From Hydrolagus colliei (taxonomy: Eukaryota): a stretch of DNA of 64,000 nt. The translations under genes and the position numbers were made by a program. The DNA lies in NCBI GenBank assembly GCA_035084275.1, contig CM068745.1, positions 10,602,001-10,666,000 of the forward strand, in the 5' to 3' direction. Below the pieces are notes generated by a model, which saw nothing but the letters and a program-made list of their open reading frames with translations, made no database searches and was not told the DNA's origin. This document shows positions 10,663 to 23,054 of the stretch, piece after piece; the stretch's first letter is position 1; each line of letters begins with the position of its first letter.

Positions 10663-12899
10663 AAGAGAGTCAAAACAGAAAAAAACACCAGTCAGAATCC
10701 CAGAGGAACCATTTTTTATATTCATTATCATCTGCCTAACAAAAGCTCCTGACAATAAAATAGTCTGCTAAGGATTTAGGAATAAAAATCTATTGTATCT
10801 AGCATTGTGATTACAAATAGAAGTCCCTAGTTTAAAAAATCAACGGTATACACCTTCTTGGAGAATGATGTGACATGTGGATGTGCAGACTAGATGAGTC
10901 ATTCATTGCTCAATCCCTTTCCTCCACCCGTTGACTGCACCAAGTACTTCATAATAATCCTGACATGTTTTGCTTACATGTGGTATAGTGCCTTTAAGAG
11001 AACGTCTCTAAGTGCTTCACAGGATACTTGTAAAGTGTAGTAACTGTGTATTTCATAGGCAAATGTGGGGTGAACGGTGGAAGTAGGGTTTTTTAACTTC
11101 AATTCACTCCAAAGGCAGATCAAACTTAAAGGAGTTAAACTATCAAAACTGTTAATCAGTTCGACTACAAGTAATTACCAATATCATTTACATCTCAATT
11201 AACTGTAATTGTTCAATTGGAATTTTCCCTTTACGCTGTTTAAAGCAGTTGTTGTAAATAATTTAATTCATACAATTTCCAGATAAGACTACAATGTACA
11301 ATTATCAGTTTGAAACTATAATGTTATCAATGATGCAAAGCATGTAGTAGTCATTACTTTGATCTTCTGCCACTTGTGGAAATAGGTTTTATATTCGGTT
11401 TATTCTGAGCAAAATGTTTGTTCTGAGATAAATGTACACGGTAACACAGGCTATTTGAACAAATGGTTTGGTCTGCAATTCCTGGTGTTCTACTTCATGT
11501 TTCTATGAATTAAATATTCCAATAGGTTATATTTAAAATGCAAAATACAAATCTCTATACATATACCCCACACCAAGATTCCTCAGAAATTTATTTAATA
11601 GTATTTAGAATGAGTCATATAAAATAAATCGAATTCAAGACTTTTAGAAGGTTCATAAGAACTGTATTTTTAAAATAAGCTTATTGTGGACGGCCACCAC
11701 ATGAGAGGTCAGGGTTTTAAATACGAACACATGCTATGAAGGAAACCGTGCAGCACTTTTTTTAAAATCTTCGTTGTTTTGTTAGTTTAGATTCTGAAAG
11801 AAGCTTTTGTGTGTAAAGATGTAACTCGAACCCAGGCCTGAAGCTATGCCCTCTGGTACACAGGCCACTATTTCTGGCACTGTACCAGCGTGAAAGAAAC
11901 TAGCAAGCCTGTATCTCCAAACTGACACCAGCTTTTGTAAGGTCTAATTTAATTTAACCTTGGCAATAAAAAGGGTTGTCTTGCCATTCCCCCACTTGCA
12001 TTTAACAGAAAGACTTGACATGCTGATGCTACTGGATGACAATCCGTTTTCGAATTTCACATTGATTAGATCCCAGTGTTTGAAATCATATTCTTTGATT
12101 GTTGTCCAGAAAGCATCCGCTTCCGTTTCTCAGTCCCATCTGCTTCCCTCTTTATTCCTTTAATTGTTAATATTTGCCTAACCAGCTTTATTGATTGCTG
12201 GACCAAGCTGCCAGAACAATAATTAAATTGGTTGTTTATAGCTGGGGCAGAGGAGGAAATTCACTTTGGTGTGAAAAACTGAGGCTTTCCCAACAAAGTT
12301 ATGGAAAAGCTACTGAATATAGGTTTGTTTTATTGTATGAAAAAACAGCAATGTCAGGAGAGCTATTAGATAGCTTATCTCTTTTTCTACTTTGGCACAT
12401 GAATACTCCCAGCTCAGCATGCCGTGTGTCAAATCTATCATCTGATACGTCAGCAACCATTATTCTCTCTTTTGTCGCCAATTTTGACCAAAGGATGAAA
12501 AATTGCTGTCAGACATTGGAAAAATTATTGCAGAAAAAGAGAAGCATGCGTTTAGGTGTAAGCCAAGGTGAAAACACAGGGAATCTCTCCTTAGATGAGG
12601 CCTTGGCTAAGAGAATATTGATCTGTGTGCTGAAAATTGTTGATCCCTGGGAATAGGAGATGACAAATGGTTGCAAACAAAAAAAATCAAGCCTCTCCAA
12701 GGACATTCCAGCTGTACTGCGTTCACAGTTTTTTGTCCCCAGCAGAGATTGAAGTTAGCTTCTGCCAAGTCTATTTGTTTATTTTGCAGTTTTGCATTTC
12801 AATCTATTTTGCGTTTTTTGCAGTTTTATTTTACCAGAGATTCCCATGGTTATCTTCGTAACATTTAATTGTATCACTATGAAAATTCATAAAAATAAT

Positions 12900-13420
12900 A
12901 ATGCGGTCACTCAATCCACAGCAGTATGTGGGACGCTGCTGCGGGCAATTGGCTGCCAAGTTTTGTCCACAAAAGCACAGTCACTACACTTTACAGCATA
13001 CTTTGTGAGTGATTTGAGACACCCTGAAGACAGGATAAGACATCAAATGCAAGGATTATTACTAATCAGAACTGCAGTTCACCTACAAAATACAATCACA
13101 ACACTTTACGGTAAAACCCTGTGAAGTGCGTTGAGATACCGTCCTGAAGTAAACAGCACCAACTGAAGTGCAAAGATTATTTAGGATTCTATTACCGGGG
13201 AGAAATTGAGGCATGTATTTATTTAGTTGACACGTGCTTTCGCACTGGAAATCTTTGTGTCATTGTAAATGTTAAGAATGTTGCGTGGTTGTTTGGAACC
13301 AACTACATCTATCCGCCTACAAATACACAGTCTTGTCACAGTAAAAATCCTGTGAAGCACTTTGAGACAACTCAACAACACGATAAAGCCCTACATCAAA
13401 CGCAAGGATTATTATTATGA
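12900..13420 (+). mobile_element. Three consecutive 5'-truncated SINE 3' parts
   Basis: CAGTCAC...GTGAAG...GAGA...CAAAT/GCAAGGATTATT tails at ~12905-13063, ~13075-13182 and ~13310-13418. Confidence 0.7.
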
Positions 13421-14156
13421 TAGGAGGTTTTTCTTTCTATATAATACAGAATAATGATTTAAGCACAGTGATTCTAAATTGTCACGTTAAAATAATCAGC
13501 CACCATTATTGATTAATGATTCAGTAATCCAAAAGCAATTATCTTCTTACCGCATTTTTCCTCTGTTTATTAATTTTAAATGCATATACAGTATAATTTT
13601 GCTTAATTTTGACCAGGTGCTTGATATAGATTTAAACAATGCTATTTTTTACTGCACACGGGTTGCAACAGGAATTATGTAAGAGGATTTCAACCACGCA
13701 AGTAATGGATCATGGGTACCCTAGGCATTCATTTGTGGTTACCCCGAGTGTTCATGAATTCACATCTCATATGTGGAACTATCTGCAGCTGTAGTCAATT
13801 ATGAATTGAATGATACAATCCCACCCCCTTTTAAATATTCTTTTTTTTTAAATTGAATATTTGATGAAGAGATGCCTGTGAATGCTGAAAATATTGCTCT
13901 GCATTGGAGAACATCAAGTGGACCACTCCCCTGTTCGAGTCCTGTAGCTCGGTGGTTAAAGTACTTGCCTCGCAAGCGAGAGACCTGGGTTCAATTCCCA
14001 GCAGGGCGAAACTTTGGCCAAATTTCCTTACTCCTTAGTCCCCCACCCCCTCAATGTATGTTATTCTGTAATTTGTTGTTTTAATGACCAGCTTTGTATG
14101 CCATTCAGAACCATAAGCACTTTGAGGCAGGCAACTGACATAAAAGGTGCTATATA

Positions 14157-14670
14157 CAGTAGACCCTCGCCGAACGCGGGGATTACTTTCCTGGAAAACA
14201 GCGCACTCGGTAAAATCGCATTCAGTAAGCTTACTAAGTAATGGGAAAAAAGGGGTTAGAGGAATCCATCCACAGGCTATCCAACCTCAAGCCTCCAGGC
14301 ACATCCACACCCAACCAACGCAAGGTGCGTACTGAGGCAGGCTACAGCCGGCTGGCCCCTCTCCCCGCTTGTCACTCTCCACGCTCTCACTGAAGACAAT
14401 AAAACCTTTGGTCCTGGAAGTGTTAGGAGACTCTCTCTCTCTCTCTCTCTGTCTCTTCTGTTTACCATGCAATGCCATCAAGTTGCTCTGAGGCCAAGGA
14501 ATCATCTGACTTAGTCGGGAGCTGCCAGCGTCCTCCCAAATGCACATATGAGCCGGGCCAGCCAGCCATCGCGTGTACGCTAATTTTACTCACGTATACG
14601 CAAAAAAGTGCCGCATTTATTTCTTTGCGTATCCGTACTCGAGAAAGTCGTATTCGGTAACAGTTGACTG
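14157..14670. mobile_element. Possible Tigger/pogo-like non-autonomous DNA transposon
   Basis: Bounded by TA|CAGTAGACCCTCGCCGAACGCG and CGTATTCGGTAACAGTTGACTG|TA (imperfect CAGT-starting TIRs, TA on both sides); CpG-rich ends against a CpG-poor background. Confidence 0.5.
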
Positions 14671-15399
14671 TAAATGTAAATTATACTGTAAATAAATTAT
14701 ATTGGTCAGGGGATAACTAGAGTTCAATTTCAGTGAGAGGGTGTTATTAGGGTTTAAAAAGCTCAGAATTATGGCTGCAAAGTACACTGTGTACAAACCT
14801 ACCAAATTTTCACAGTGGGTATATAAGTCCGCACCACCAAAAAGCAGTGGATTTACCAAAAATAAAGTAGCCTTTGAGTCCATACTGCTTGATTCAACCG
14901 AATGGGAATTATTATATGTAAAGCTTGTGTGAATGCATTTGTAGAAAGCACCATTGTAAACCATGTGGAGCGATATTACAGGTGCCTCTAATGATTTGCA
15001 ACCTTACACAATGTAGCACTATCCCAATACAGTGTCAGCCTAAACTCTAGCTTCTAGCTCAGATGCACAGGTACTACCAGCTTAGCCGAGCTGTTACCCA
15101 AGACCAATGTGTGTAGCCCTAAAACCATGTCCTTACATGCTTCCGGATTGCGCTGATTTTATGAAATCTCTAAGCTGAATGAAATTCTCCACTAACAAAC
15201 CACACCTTATTTCGGTAAGTTAATAGCTCGAAGTGTAATCTTTGGGGTCAGTTAGTAGCTGAGCTTTGCTCTTGCAGTTTATGAAGTTACTTGTACCCCC
15301 GAGATTAATTCCTTGTATTCACTCTTTGCTACAACCTATTCATTATTTACAGCACAGTGTCACTAACCTCTTCCAGATTCAGTCTCCCCATTGAGTATG

Positions 15400-15830
15400 A
15401 GGTGTCAGCCTGACTCAATCGGTAGACCTCTTCCTTCTGAGCCTGAAGGTTGTGGGTTCAAGCTCCACATCGGGACTCTAACCTCACAAAATTCAGAACT
15501 AGGCTGACTCTCTATACAGTGCTGCAATGTTGAATATAAAATCATTCGGATGAGATATTAAACCAGGGCCTTGTCTGACTGTTCAGGTGGGCATTAAAAA
15601 TCCCCATGACACTATTCAAAAAGAGGAGTTTCACCCAGAGTTTAATACTACCCTAGATAAAAAATTTAATTAACCTCATGGCTGCTTGTGGAGCATTACT
15701 GTGGGCAAATTGGTTGCCATGTTGATCTACAAAAATATACAGTCACTACACTTGACAGGAAAAATCCTGCGAAGCACCCTGAGATATCCCCCTGACATGA
15801 AGTGCTATACGAATTGTAAGGATTATTATT
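15400..15830 (+). mobile_element. Old full-length Deu-domain SINE (SacSINE1-like)
   Basis: Head GGTGTCAGCCTGACTCA...GAAGGTTGTGGGTTCAAGC, Deu core CGGATGAGATATTAAACCAGGGCC...TTCAGGTGG, 3' GCAAATTGGTTGCC...GGATTATTAT. Confidence 0.78.
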
Positions 15831-17192
15831 TTAAATTCAAGCACTAAAGATCCAGCCACTCAGTCCATTTCAAATCAAGCTGGTTCACATACATCAATTT
15901 TGATTTAGAAACACGATTTATGCCATTTCTCCAGCAGCTCTCATCACAGTTAATACCACACATTCTTAACTCCACTAACACATTATATAGTGTCATTAAT
16001 CAAAAGCACCTAACATTAACACTTTTCCTTACTACTATCTCTCACAAATGTCTGTCACCCATTTTTCAGGGACTAGTGCTAGCTCTTCTATATACTATAC
16101 TCATAAATTCAGTGCCTTAATCGACTCTGTATCCCATAGGCAGTCACAGCAATAAACTTTTCCTGATCATGTCCCTGACTTGTATCCAACAAATGCCAAT
16201 GTAATTCCAAATTTAAAAAAAGTATGCCTTGTTAAAAATAGATTTGAATGCAAATTGTGGCCTTTGAAATGTTAATTATTACTATTGACAATTATCATAT
16301 TGTAGATAAACACAGTTATTTTAAATTTTAAGACAAAATATATATAATGCTGTTCAAAAAATGAAGGGAATTGTTCTAGGTGTCATGGCCAACAATCCCC
16401 CAAACAAAATTGATAATTCATTTCATGGCTCTTTGTGGCACAATGCTGCGCACATATTGGTCTCAGTATTTTCCAACACAGTCTGCATTTTATGGTAAAA
16501 TCCTAAGAAAAGATTTGTGGCATGTTCTCCTGGTGAGCAACAACAACAAGTTTGATTTATATAGCACCCTCCACGCCGGACAGCATCTCAGAGCATCAAA
16601 TGCAAGGAGGAAAATAATGGCATGTAAAGATGATGTTGAAAATAGAAGATTAATTTTTTTCCCTGTAGGAAATTTTGCGTGTAGAATTACTCTTTGAAGG
16701 ATTTTCTGAAAGTTTTCTAATTCTAAGTTACAGCCCTGCAGAATAGTTGATGTCTTTAGTTGACGTTGGAGTGGAATTTTTCAACAATATGTTGATTACC
16801 ATATCACAGTGCCCAATTTTCACCCCCTTCTTTCTAATTCACTGTATTGAGTAAACAAAAGCCCTGATTGTCTTTTTGTAATATGATTGGTATTTCAGCT
16901 TGTGACAAAAGCTATGTAGTAGTTGTGGTTAAGTCTTGTGCCAAGTTTCATTTGTGCTGGCAGCAGACTGGCAGAATATTGGATGAACTTTCTTTGATGT
17001 CTACCTCAGTGCTATTGTACTTCTCATCAAATTCATTTCAAGCAGGTTGAAATTTGCTGCTTTCCTTGGGGAGGTTTTTGTTTTCAAAATAAACTGTTGT
17101 TGTAGAGTTCTTGGCATTGCTTTGTCAAGCCTCCCGAGTTTTCTTCACTGAAAACTATCTGTGGAATTCACATTCATCATTTTCCTTTGCAG

Positions 17193-17301
17193 TACAACAA
17201 CGGTCAGACCAGCGGACCAAAGCGATTTGACCTCAATGTGATGCCAGCTTGGCAGAGACACATAACTGGCTCTGGTGTAGTTGTGACAGTCGTAGATGAT
17301 G
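17193..17301 (+). CDS. Exon B (109 nt) of the PCSK gene, containing the catalytic Asp (VVDDG)
   Basis: Acceptor TTTTCCTTTGCAG|TAC, donor GATG|GTGAGT. Translates YNNGQTSGPKRFDLNVMPAWQRHITGSGVVVTVVDD(G), matching the kexin-family DLNVxxAWxxxxTGxGVxVxxxDDG motif. Catalytic Asp codon at 17295-17297. In frame with exons A and C. Confidence 0.95.
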
Positions 17302-18429
17302 GTGAGTAAAATTCTCATTTTCAACTCAATAAAATCCGACCTTTTTCTTAAAACAAGTCAGTTAACAGGACACAGTTTCTGGATTGCAGCAGCACCTGCT
17401 GACATGAACACATCCATTCATAATAATCACTAGCCATTGTCCTTCAGTTTATAGTCCATAACATTTCAGTATTTGTCAAATGGTTTCAACAATCACCGGT
17501 CTGGTTCAGTCCCAAAAATAAACACTTCATATCATTGTCACTGCAGCAATAAATTATTATAACAATCCTCCGAAACACACAATGATCAGCCAAAGGCTGA
17601 ATCAAAGACTTTGGAAAATCAATTTCCATTTTGAAATCCAGAATATTAGGGAATTGCAGTATTTCATGTTTTATCATAGCTGCTAGACAAATATATAAAG
17701 CAAAGATATTTCTGTTCAAACATTTTGCATGTATTTTGCATGTTGTTTATTTCACTACCCTGCTCAGTTGTGTATTTCTATCTCTGTGTGTCAATTAACT
17801 ATCTGACTGGATCTTTCATAAAAAATGAAATGGATTATACAAAACCAAAAAGAACAGATGTGCCAATCCCAAAACATGGAATGGAGTACATATGTTCACC
17901 ATCACCAAAAAATAACTGCTCAACTCAGTTGATTCCCATAATAGTCTAGTTCTCCCATCAAAGTCTGAGGTCATCTCCATCATCTGCTTTTCACCCAGAA
18001 ATATTTTTAATTTGTAAACCAGGTTTAGTTGGTCCCTGATGGTTAAGTTTAGGGTTATAAATTTGTTATTGACTTCATGGCTGTTTGTGGGACACTGATG
18101 TGTATCAAATGTAAAAAATATTTTATTGGTGTGTGAAGTTCTGTAGCTTTGTGGTTAGTGCACTCGCCTCTTAAGTGAAAGGATCTGGTTTTGATGCTGA
18201 TCATATGATTCTGATACCCATCATATGTTTATACTTGGTTCAGTGTGATTGGGAAGTAGCTAAAGATATAGTAACTGAAGAACTATTATTTTTATTCTAA
18301 ACAATTGTTTTGTATTATGGGAAACTGTGTCTGGCATCCCCGCCATTTTCTTACTTCAGAGGTTTTTTTCCCTGTGGCGAATGCAACTTATTATTTATTA
18401 CTTGAGCTACAATCCAGTGACCTGCTTTC

Positions 18430-19103
18430 AGGGCTCTGTAAAGTATCTGCAATGCATCCGCCCTTCAGATTAGATGTTTGCCTGTTCTGGTGGTTGATAA
18501 AGATCCCTTGGTATTTCTTGAATAGACAGAGAATGTCTCCTGGCCAATAATCCCCAGATAAATTAATTTGTTGTTGACTTCATCGCTGTTTGTGGGACAC
18601 TGCTGTGCACAAATTAGCTGTTGTATTCTCCAACAAATACACCATTACTTCACAGGGAAAATCCTCTGAAGTGCTTTGAGATGTGTTGATGATGTGATCA
18701 TGCATTGTATCAAATGTAAGAATGAATTATTATTTTGCAGAGTCCTGTAGCTTAGTGGTTAGATCACTTGCCTCTTAAGCGAGGGAACTTGGGTTCGATT
18801 CCCAGGATGAAACAATGGGCATGTTTCCTTACTCCACACATCTCTGTTTACCTATAAATAAATAGGAAACTGGTTGTTACTCAATTGGAAGATCGCTTTT
18901 CCAGGGATATTAATCCCTTCAAAAAATAATTAAAAATAAACAATAACAATGATTTGGTCACTCAATCCACCACTGTTTGTGGGACACTGCTGTGCGCAAT
19001 TGGCTGCCATGTTTCGCCGACAAAACATACAGTATATCCCGTGAAGCGCATTGAGTCTTCTAGAAGATGTGATAATGCTCCATATCAAATGCAAGAATTA
19101 TTA
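18430..19103 (+). mobile_element. Old DeuSINE (~18430-18733) followed by a younger tRNA-headed SINE (~18738-19103)
   Basis: Deu core and tail, then GAGTCCTGTAGCTTAGTGGTTAG...GGGTTCGATTCCC head and a second tail. Confidence 0.8.
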
Positions 19104-19135
19104 GTACAGTATTATCCAGACAGCCACTGGGACAT

Positions 19136-19308
19136 ACAACTTTTAAAAGGGAATTAGATCTTTATTTAGGGAGAACGGGTCTATTAGGCTATGGGGAGCG
19201 GGCAGGGCAGTGGGATTGAATCGCTCTTTTCAAAGAGCCGGCACAGACTAGATGGGCCGAATGGCCTCCTTTTGTGCCGTAAAATTCTATGATTCTATGA
19301 TTCTATGA
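19136..19308 (+). mobile_element. Young CR1 3' end, inverted and near-identical to 5523-5692
   Basis: GGCTATGGGGAGCGGGCAGGGCAGTGGGATTGAATCGCTC...GATGGGCCGAATGGCCTCC...(ATTCTATG)3. Confidence 0.93.
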
Positions 19309-19639
19309 TAAACGTACACATCCCATTATAAGTGCTCACCATCAAGAAGTACAGTAGTACATTTACTGATGAGGGAAACATAATCCACGCTCTGCACTAA
19401 AGATCATCAAAATTACTAACCAGAAAGAATAATTTCCCCAATGTTGGTATCTGAACCTACTGCACTATTCTACAATCCCATGAAGGTGGGATATGTGTCT
19501 TCATTGGTATCAGGGACAGTAATGGCACAAGTCTAAATTGGTTCCTATTTCAATGATAACACTGGTCTACAACTTCAGAAGCCTTTCAGATCATTTGATC
19601 ACATCCTTCCAGGATATTCACAACCCAGCTTTCCATCAT

Positions 19640-19990
19640 AGAATCAAATTATTTTTATGATTCCAACGTCTTGGCTTGCTGGTGACCTGTTCCAGTTATT
19701 GTTTGCCCTCTGGGTAAGGAAATACGTCCTGGTGTTTGTACTGAAATTGACATTTCAAACCCTAAACATGTGTGCTCTTGTCTGTAGTTTCAATATAACA
19801 GAAAGTATTATTCTGAGTTTACCTTCTCAGTCCCATTTAAACCTTTTCCACTTCAAAAGGTTCCTCTTTGAAATGCCTCTTGACTTTTAAAGACTGAAGA
19901 CCTCTAGCTTGTCTTATTGTTGCTCTTGGCTAATTCCTCTAACACTGTGGTTCAAACTCGTTGCTCTCCTCTGCACCATTGGTCTTCAAA
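19640..19990 (-). mobile_element. Degraded CR1 fragment
   Basis: GTTCCAGTTATTGTTTGCCCTCTGGGTAAGGAAAT and ATGTGTGCTCTTGT, decayed antisense of FxxRVxxxWN and TRGH. Confidence 0.55.
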
Positions 19991-20873
19991 CTATGGACCA
20001 AATATTTATATTTTGGGTTGATAAAGAACAGTTCACCATAGCACATCATGCCAAATTATGTCTCTTTTAATGAACACTATTTGATGGCTGCATTGTCAGC
20101 CTGATATGATTGATTAGGAGGCAAATGCATTTCAATTTGCCAAAGAAAATGTACTATATAAAGTGCATTGATTTATTCCACTGTGGTAACAGCTCGATTT
20201 TCCTTCTCCTGTGCTTGCAAACTTATAAAATATTGCTCATATATCAATTAACACCCTTTAAATCTATTACTTCCATCTGCCTGGAAATTTAGCGGGTAAA
20301 TATAAGTCTACATTTTGTGTTATATTTAGCATTAAATGCCTTAAAAAGTTCTGCTCATTGCTTCATTCTAGTCATCACTTACAGTTTGTTTAACAAAATA
20401 CACACTTACATATGACTGGAAATATACTACAAGCATCGTATGCATCTGCTTCCCCAAATTGATCTTCATATAATTTGAAGAATATGACTGTCAACTCTGT
20501 AAATCCACAAATAATAATATAAATCAAAACAGAAGAAGATGGTCTTGTGCAATTTCCTTTTGCTCATAGAATAAGGCACCAGATGTCCTTGGCATGCTGA
20601 AGAAGCTTTTCATCTCCTTCAGATTCTTCCAATGTCATAAAAATAAATGCAGCTTTTTTTTGGGAACCCTGTTATATAATGTTTAGGTTTCCCACTGACC
20701 TGTGATACCATCTGTGTAGCATTGATTCAGCTACAGTGAAAGGCCTATTTATTCAGAGAAGGCAATGTTGTTTTAACAAGTGCATATGTGCCCAGAACCA
20801 TGACCTGTTGAAGAATTGAACACACAGTTGTGTCATTCTATAATATTCAGTTAGTCAGTGAAATGCATATCCA

Positions 20874-20931
20874 ACAACAACAACTTTGATTTATATAGCG
20901 CTCTCCACGCCGGACGGCGTCTCAGAGCGCT
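20874..20931 (-). mobile_element. 58-nt L2-type tail-only insertion with TATCCA target-site duplication
   Basis: TATCCA(20868-20873), (CAA)n...TATAGCGCTCTCCACGCCGGACGGCGTCTCAGAGCGCT, TATCCA(20932-20937). Confidence 0.85.
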
Positions 20932-21683
20932 TATCCACTATCAAAAGTGGATTTTGCATTGCATTTTGAATGTTTTTTGTACACTCAAATATACATTACA
21001 CTCCTTATTGCTTCATTATTGTTTTTCCAATGCCATATACTATACAAACTTATAATCTCTTATATCCTGCATCTTCTGTGTGTTAAAACCAAGACACAAC
21101 AAACAATTTCCCACTTCTATCTGGAGAACTCCTGCATCCTTCTCAAACAATCTGAGGTTTGCAAATCCAAGCTTGGCATTACATAACCATCCTCTTTTTG
21201 ATTTGTTTTGCTCTCGCTCTTTTTATTTTGTTTCCATTTTGGTAGTGTTTAGACCTATGGTTTTGAGCATTTATCTAGTGTTTTCAATTGATATCCACTG
21301 TTGGTGTGACATTTTATTGGTCCGTCAGATTTGTGAGATTCTTGCCATGTTCTTACAAATCTTCCTCATCAAATGGATGTTAAAGATTCCATGGCACTAT
21401 TTGAAAGGAGATGGAAGTTTCTCCCAGTGTACTTGCCAACAATCACGCAAATAAAATCGGTTTCGCTCACAAAATATACCGTGAATTCATTCTATTGATA
21501 ATACACCATATTCTAGGAAGTGCTTTGAGACATCTCGAAGATGTGAATACAAGGATTCTTTTTCGAATTATGATTATTTCATGGAGGTTTGTGGGACATT
21601 GCTATGCACAGATTGGCTATTATGTTTGCCTATAAATACTGTATTTCATGTGAAGCGTTTTGAGACATCCTCCCAACATGAAA

Positions 21684-22281
21684 CAACAACAACAACAACA
21701 ATTTACATTTATAGAGCGCCTTTCACGTCGGGAGGACGTCCCAAGGCGCTGAACAGGAGGCGTGTGACCCGAGCTGGGAGGGGAGTGTTTGGGAAGGGGT
21801 GAAACACGAAGGGGAGGTAAAAGAGTTCGGGGTGGAACAAAAGGCACGATCGAAGAGGAAAGTCTTCAAACCGGCCTTGAAAGAGGAAAGGGAAGAGGCG
21901 AAACGGAGGGATTGAGGGATGGCATTCCATAAGGTGGGAGCGGAGAAACTGAAGGCCCGGCCTCCGATGGTGGGGCGGTTCGGGCGGGGGGCTTGGAGCA
22001 GGCCAAGTCCTGTTGAACGGAGGGTCCGGGTGGGCGTGTAGGGGGAGAGTAGATCGGTTAAGTAGGATGGGGCAAGGCCATGTAAGGCCTTGTAGGTGAG
22101 GACGAGTATCTTAAACTCGATCCTCTGGAGGATGGGGAGCCAGTGGAGACGGGCGAGGGTGGGGGTTATGTGGTCGCGGAGGCGGGTGCGGGATAGTACA
22201 CGGGCTGCAGAGTTTTGGATGGCCTGCAGCCTATGAATGGAGGAACTGGGGAGGCCGACTAGGAGAGAATTTCCGTAGTCC
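21684..22281 (-). mobile_element. Young 5'-truncated L2 LINE (ORF2 C-terminus + 3' UTR)
   Basis: Uninterrupted minus ORF LDYGNSLLVGLP...LQAIQNSAARVL...HITPTLARLHWLPILQRIEFKILVLTYKALHGLAPSYL...GGRAFSFSAPTLWNAIP...FKAGLKTFLF is the canonical L2 ORF2 end; CpG-rich with a (TTG)n tail. Confidence 0.95.
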
Positions 22282-23054
22282 AAACAAACAACAAAATTAT
22301 ATTTGTATAGCATCTTTTACATCAGGAGGATGTCACAAGGCGCTGATGAAAGCCTTTCTACCAAGTATGAGGATTATTATTATGTCAGGTTCTATTAGAA
22401 GTTACTGTGTGTTAGAACTGATAGAGTCTTTAAACCTGAAGATACAGATACAGTTACACTCTAACCACGAAAGAGACTGATGGAATATAGCACAGTTGAG
22501 AGGGATTCTGTTGATTCTGATGACATCCTTGAGATATCGTTCAGCACTGTGGCAAGTATCCAGAATCCAGTTTGGGAAGAGAGAGGGAGCCATAGGTCAT
22601 CTTTAGAGTGACGTGAAAGGCATGTGATCCAGTGGCATATCTTTATGTGACAGAAATATAAAAATAGAAATTCCAACTTGTGTCTAAATTTATTCTATTT
22701 GTGTAGCATTATAGAGCATCCAGAATTTGGAAAATTGTTGAATGCGTATTCACCCACAGAATATACATGCCATTCCACTTTGCAGTATATCTTGTGAAAC
22801 ACTTTGATACATGCTCTTGATGTGAAGGCATATCAAAATACAGTATAAGCATTATTGTAATCCCTACACAGTCTTCAATTGCAAGTTTCTTTTTTCTGTT
22901 TATTGAAACTTACCGAAATACAGCTTCAAAATTAATAATAACAATAACAAAATTACATTTCTAGAGCATATATACATTTATATAAATTAAGGCTGTATTC
23001 AAGAATTTGCACCTAGGTGTAACATAGCATAGTGGAGGATAGTGCATGCAAAAT

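Noticed and set aside
12195-12656. 153-aa ORF as a nested gene
   Set aside because: TTG start, no recognisable domain and no clear exon boundaries; kept only as a candidate non-coding element.
21723-22313. 196-aa ORF as a host gene
   Set aside because: It is the C-terminus of L2 ORF2 in a 5'-truncated copy; its start comes from an adjacent tail fragment.
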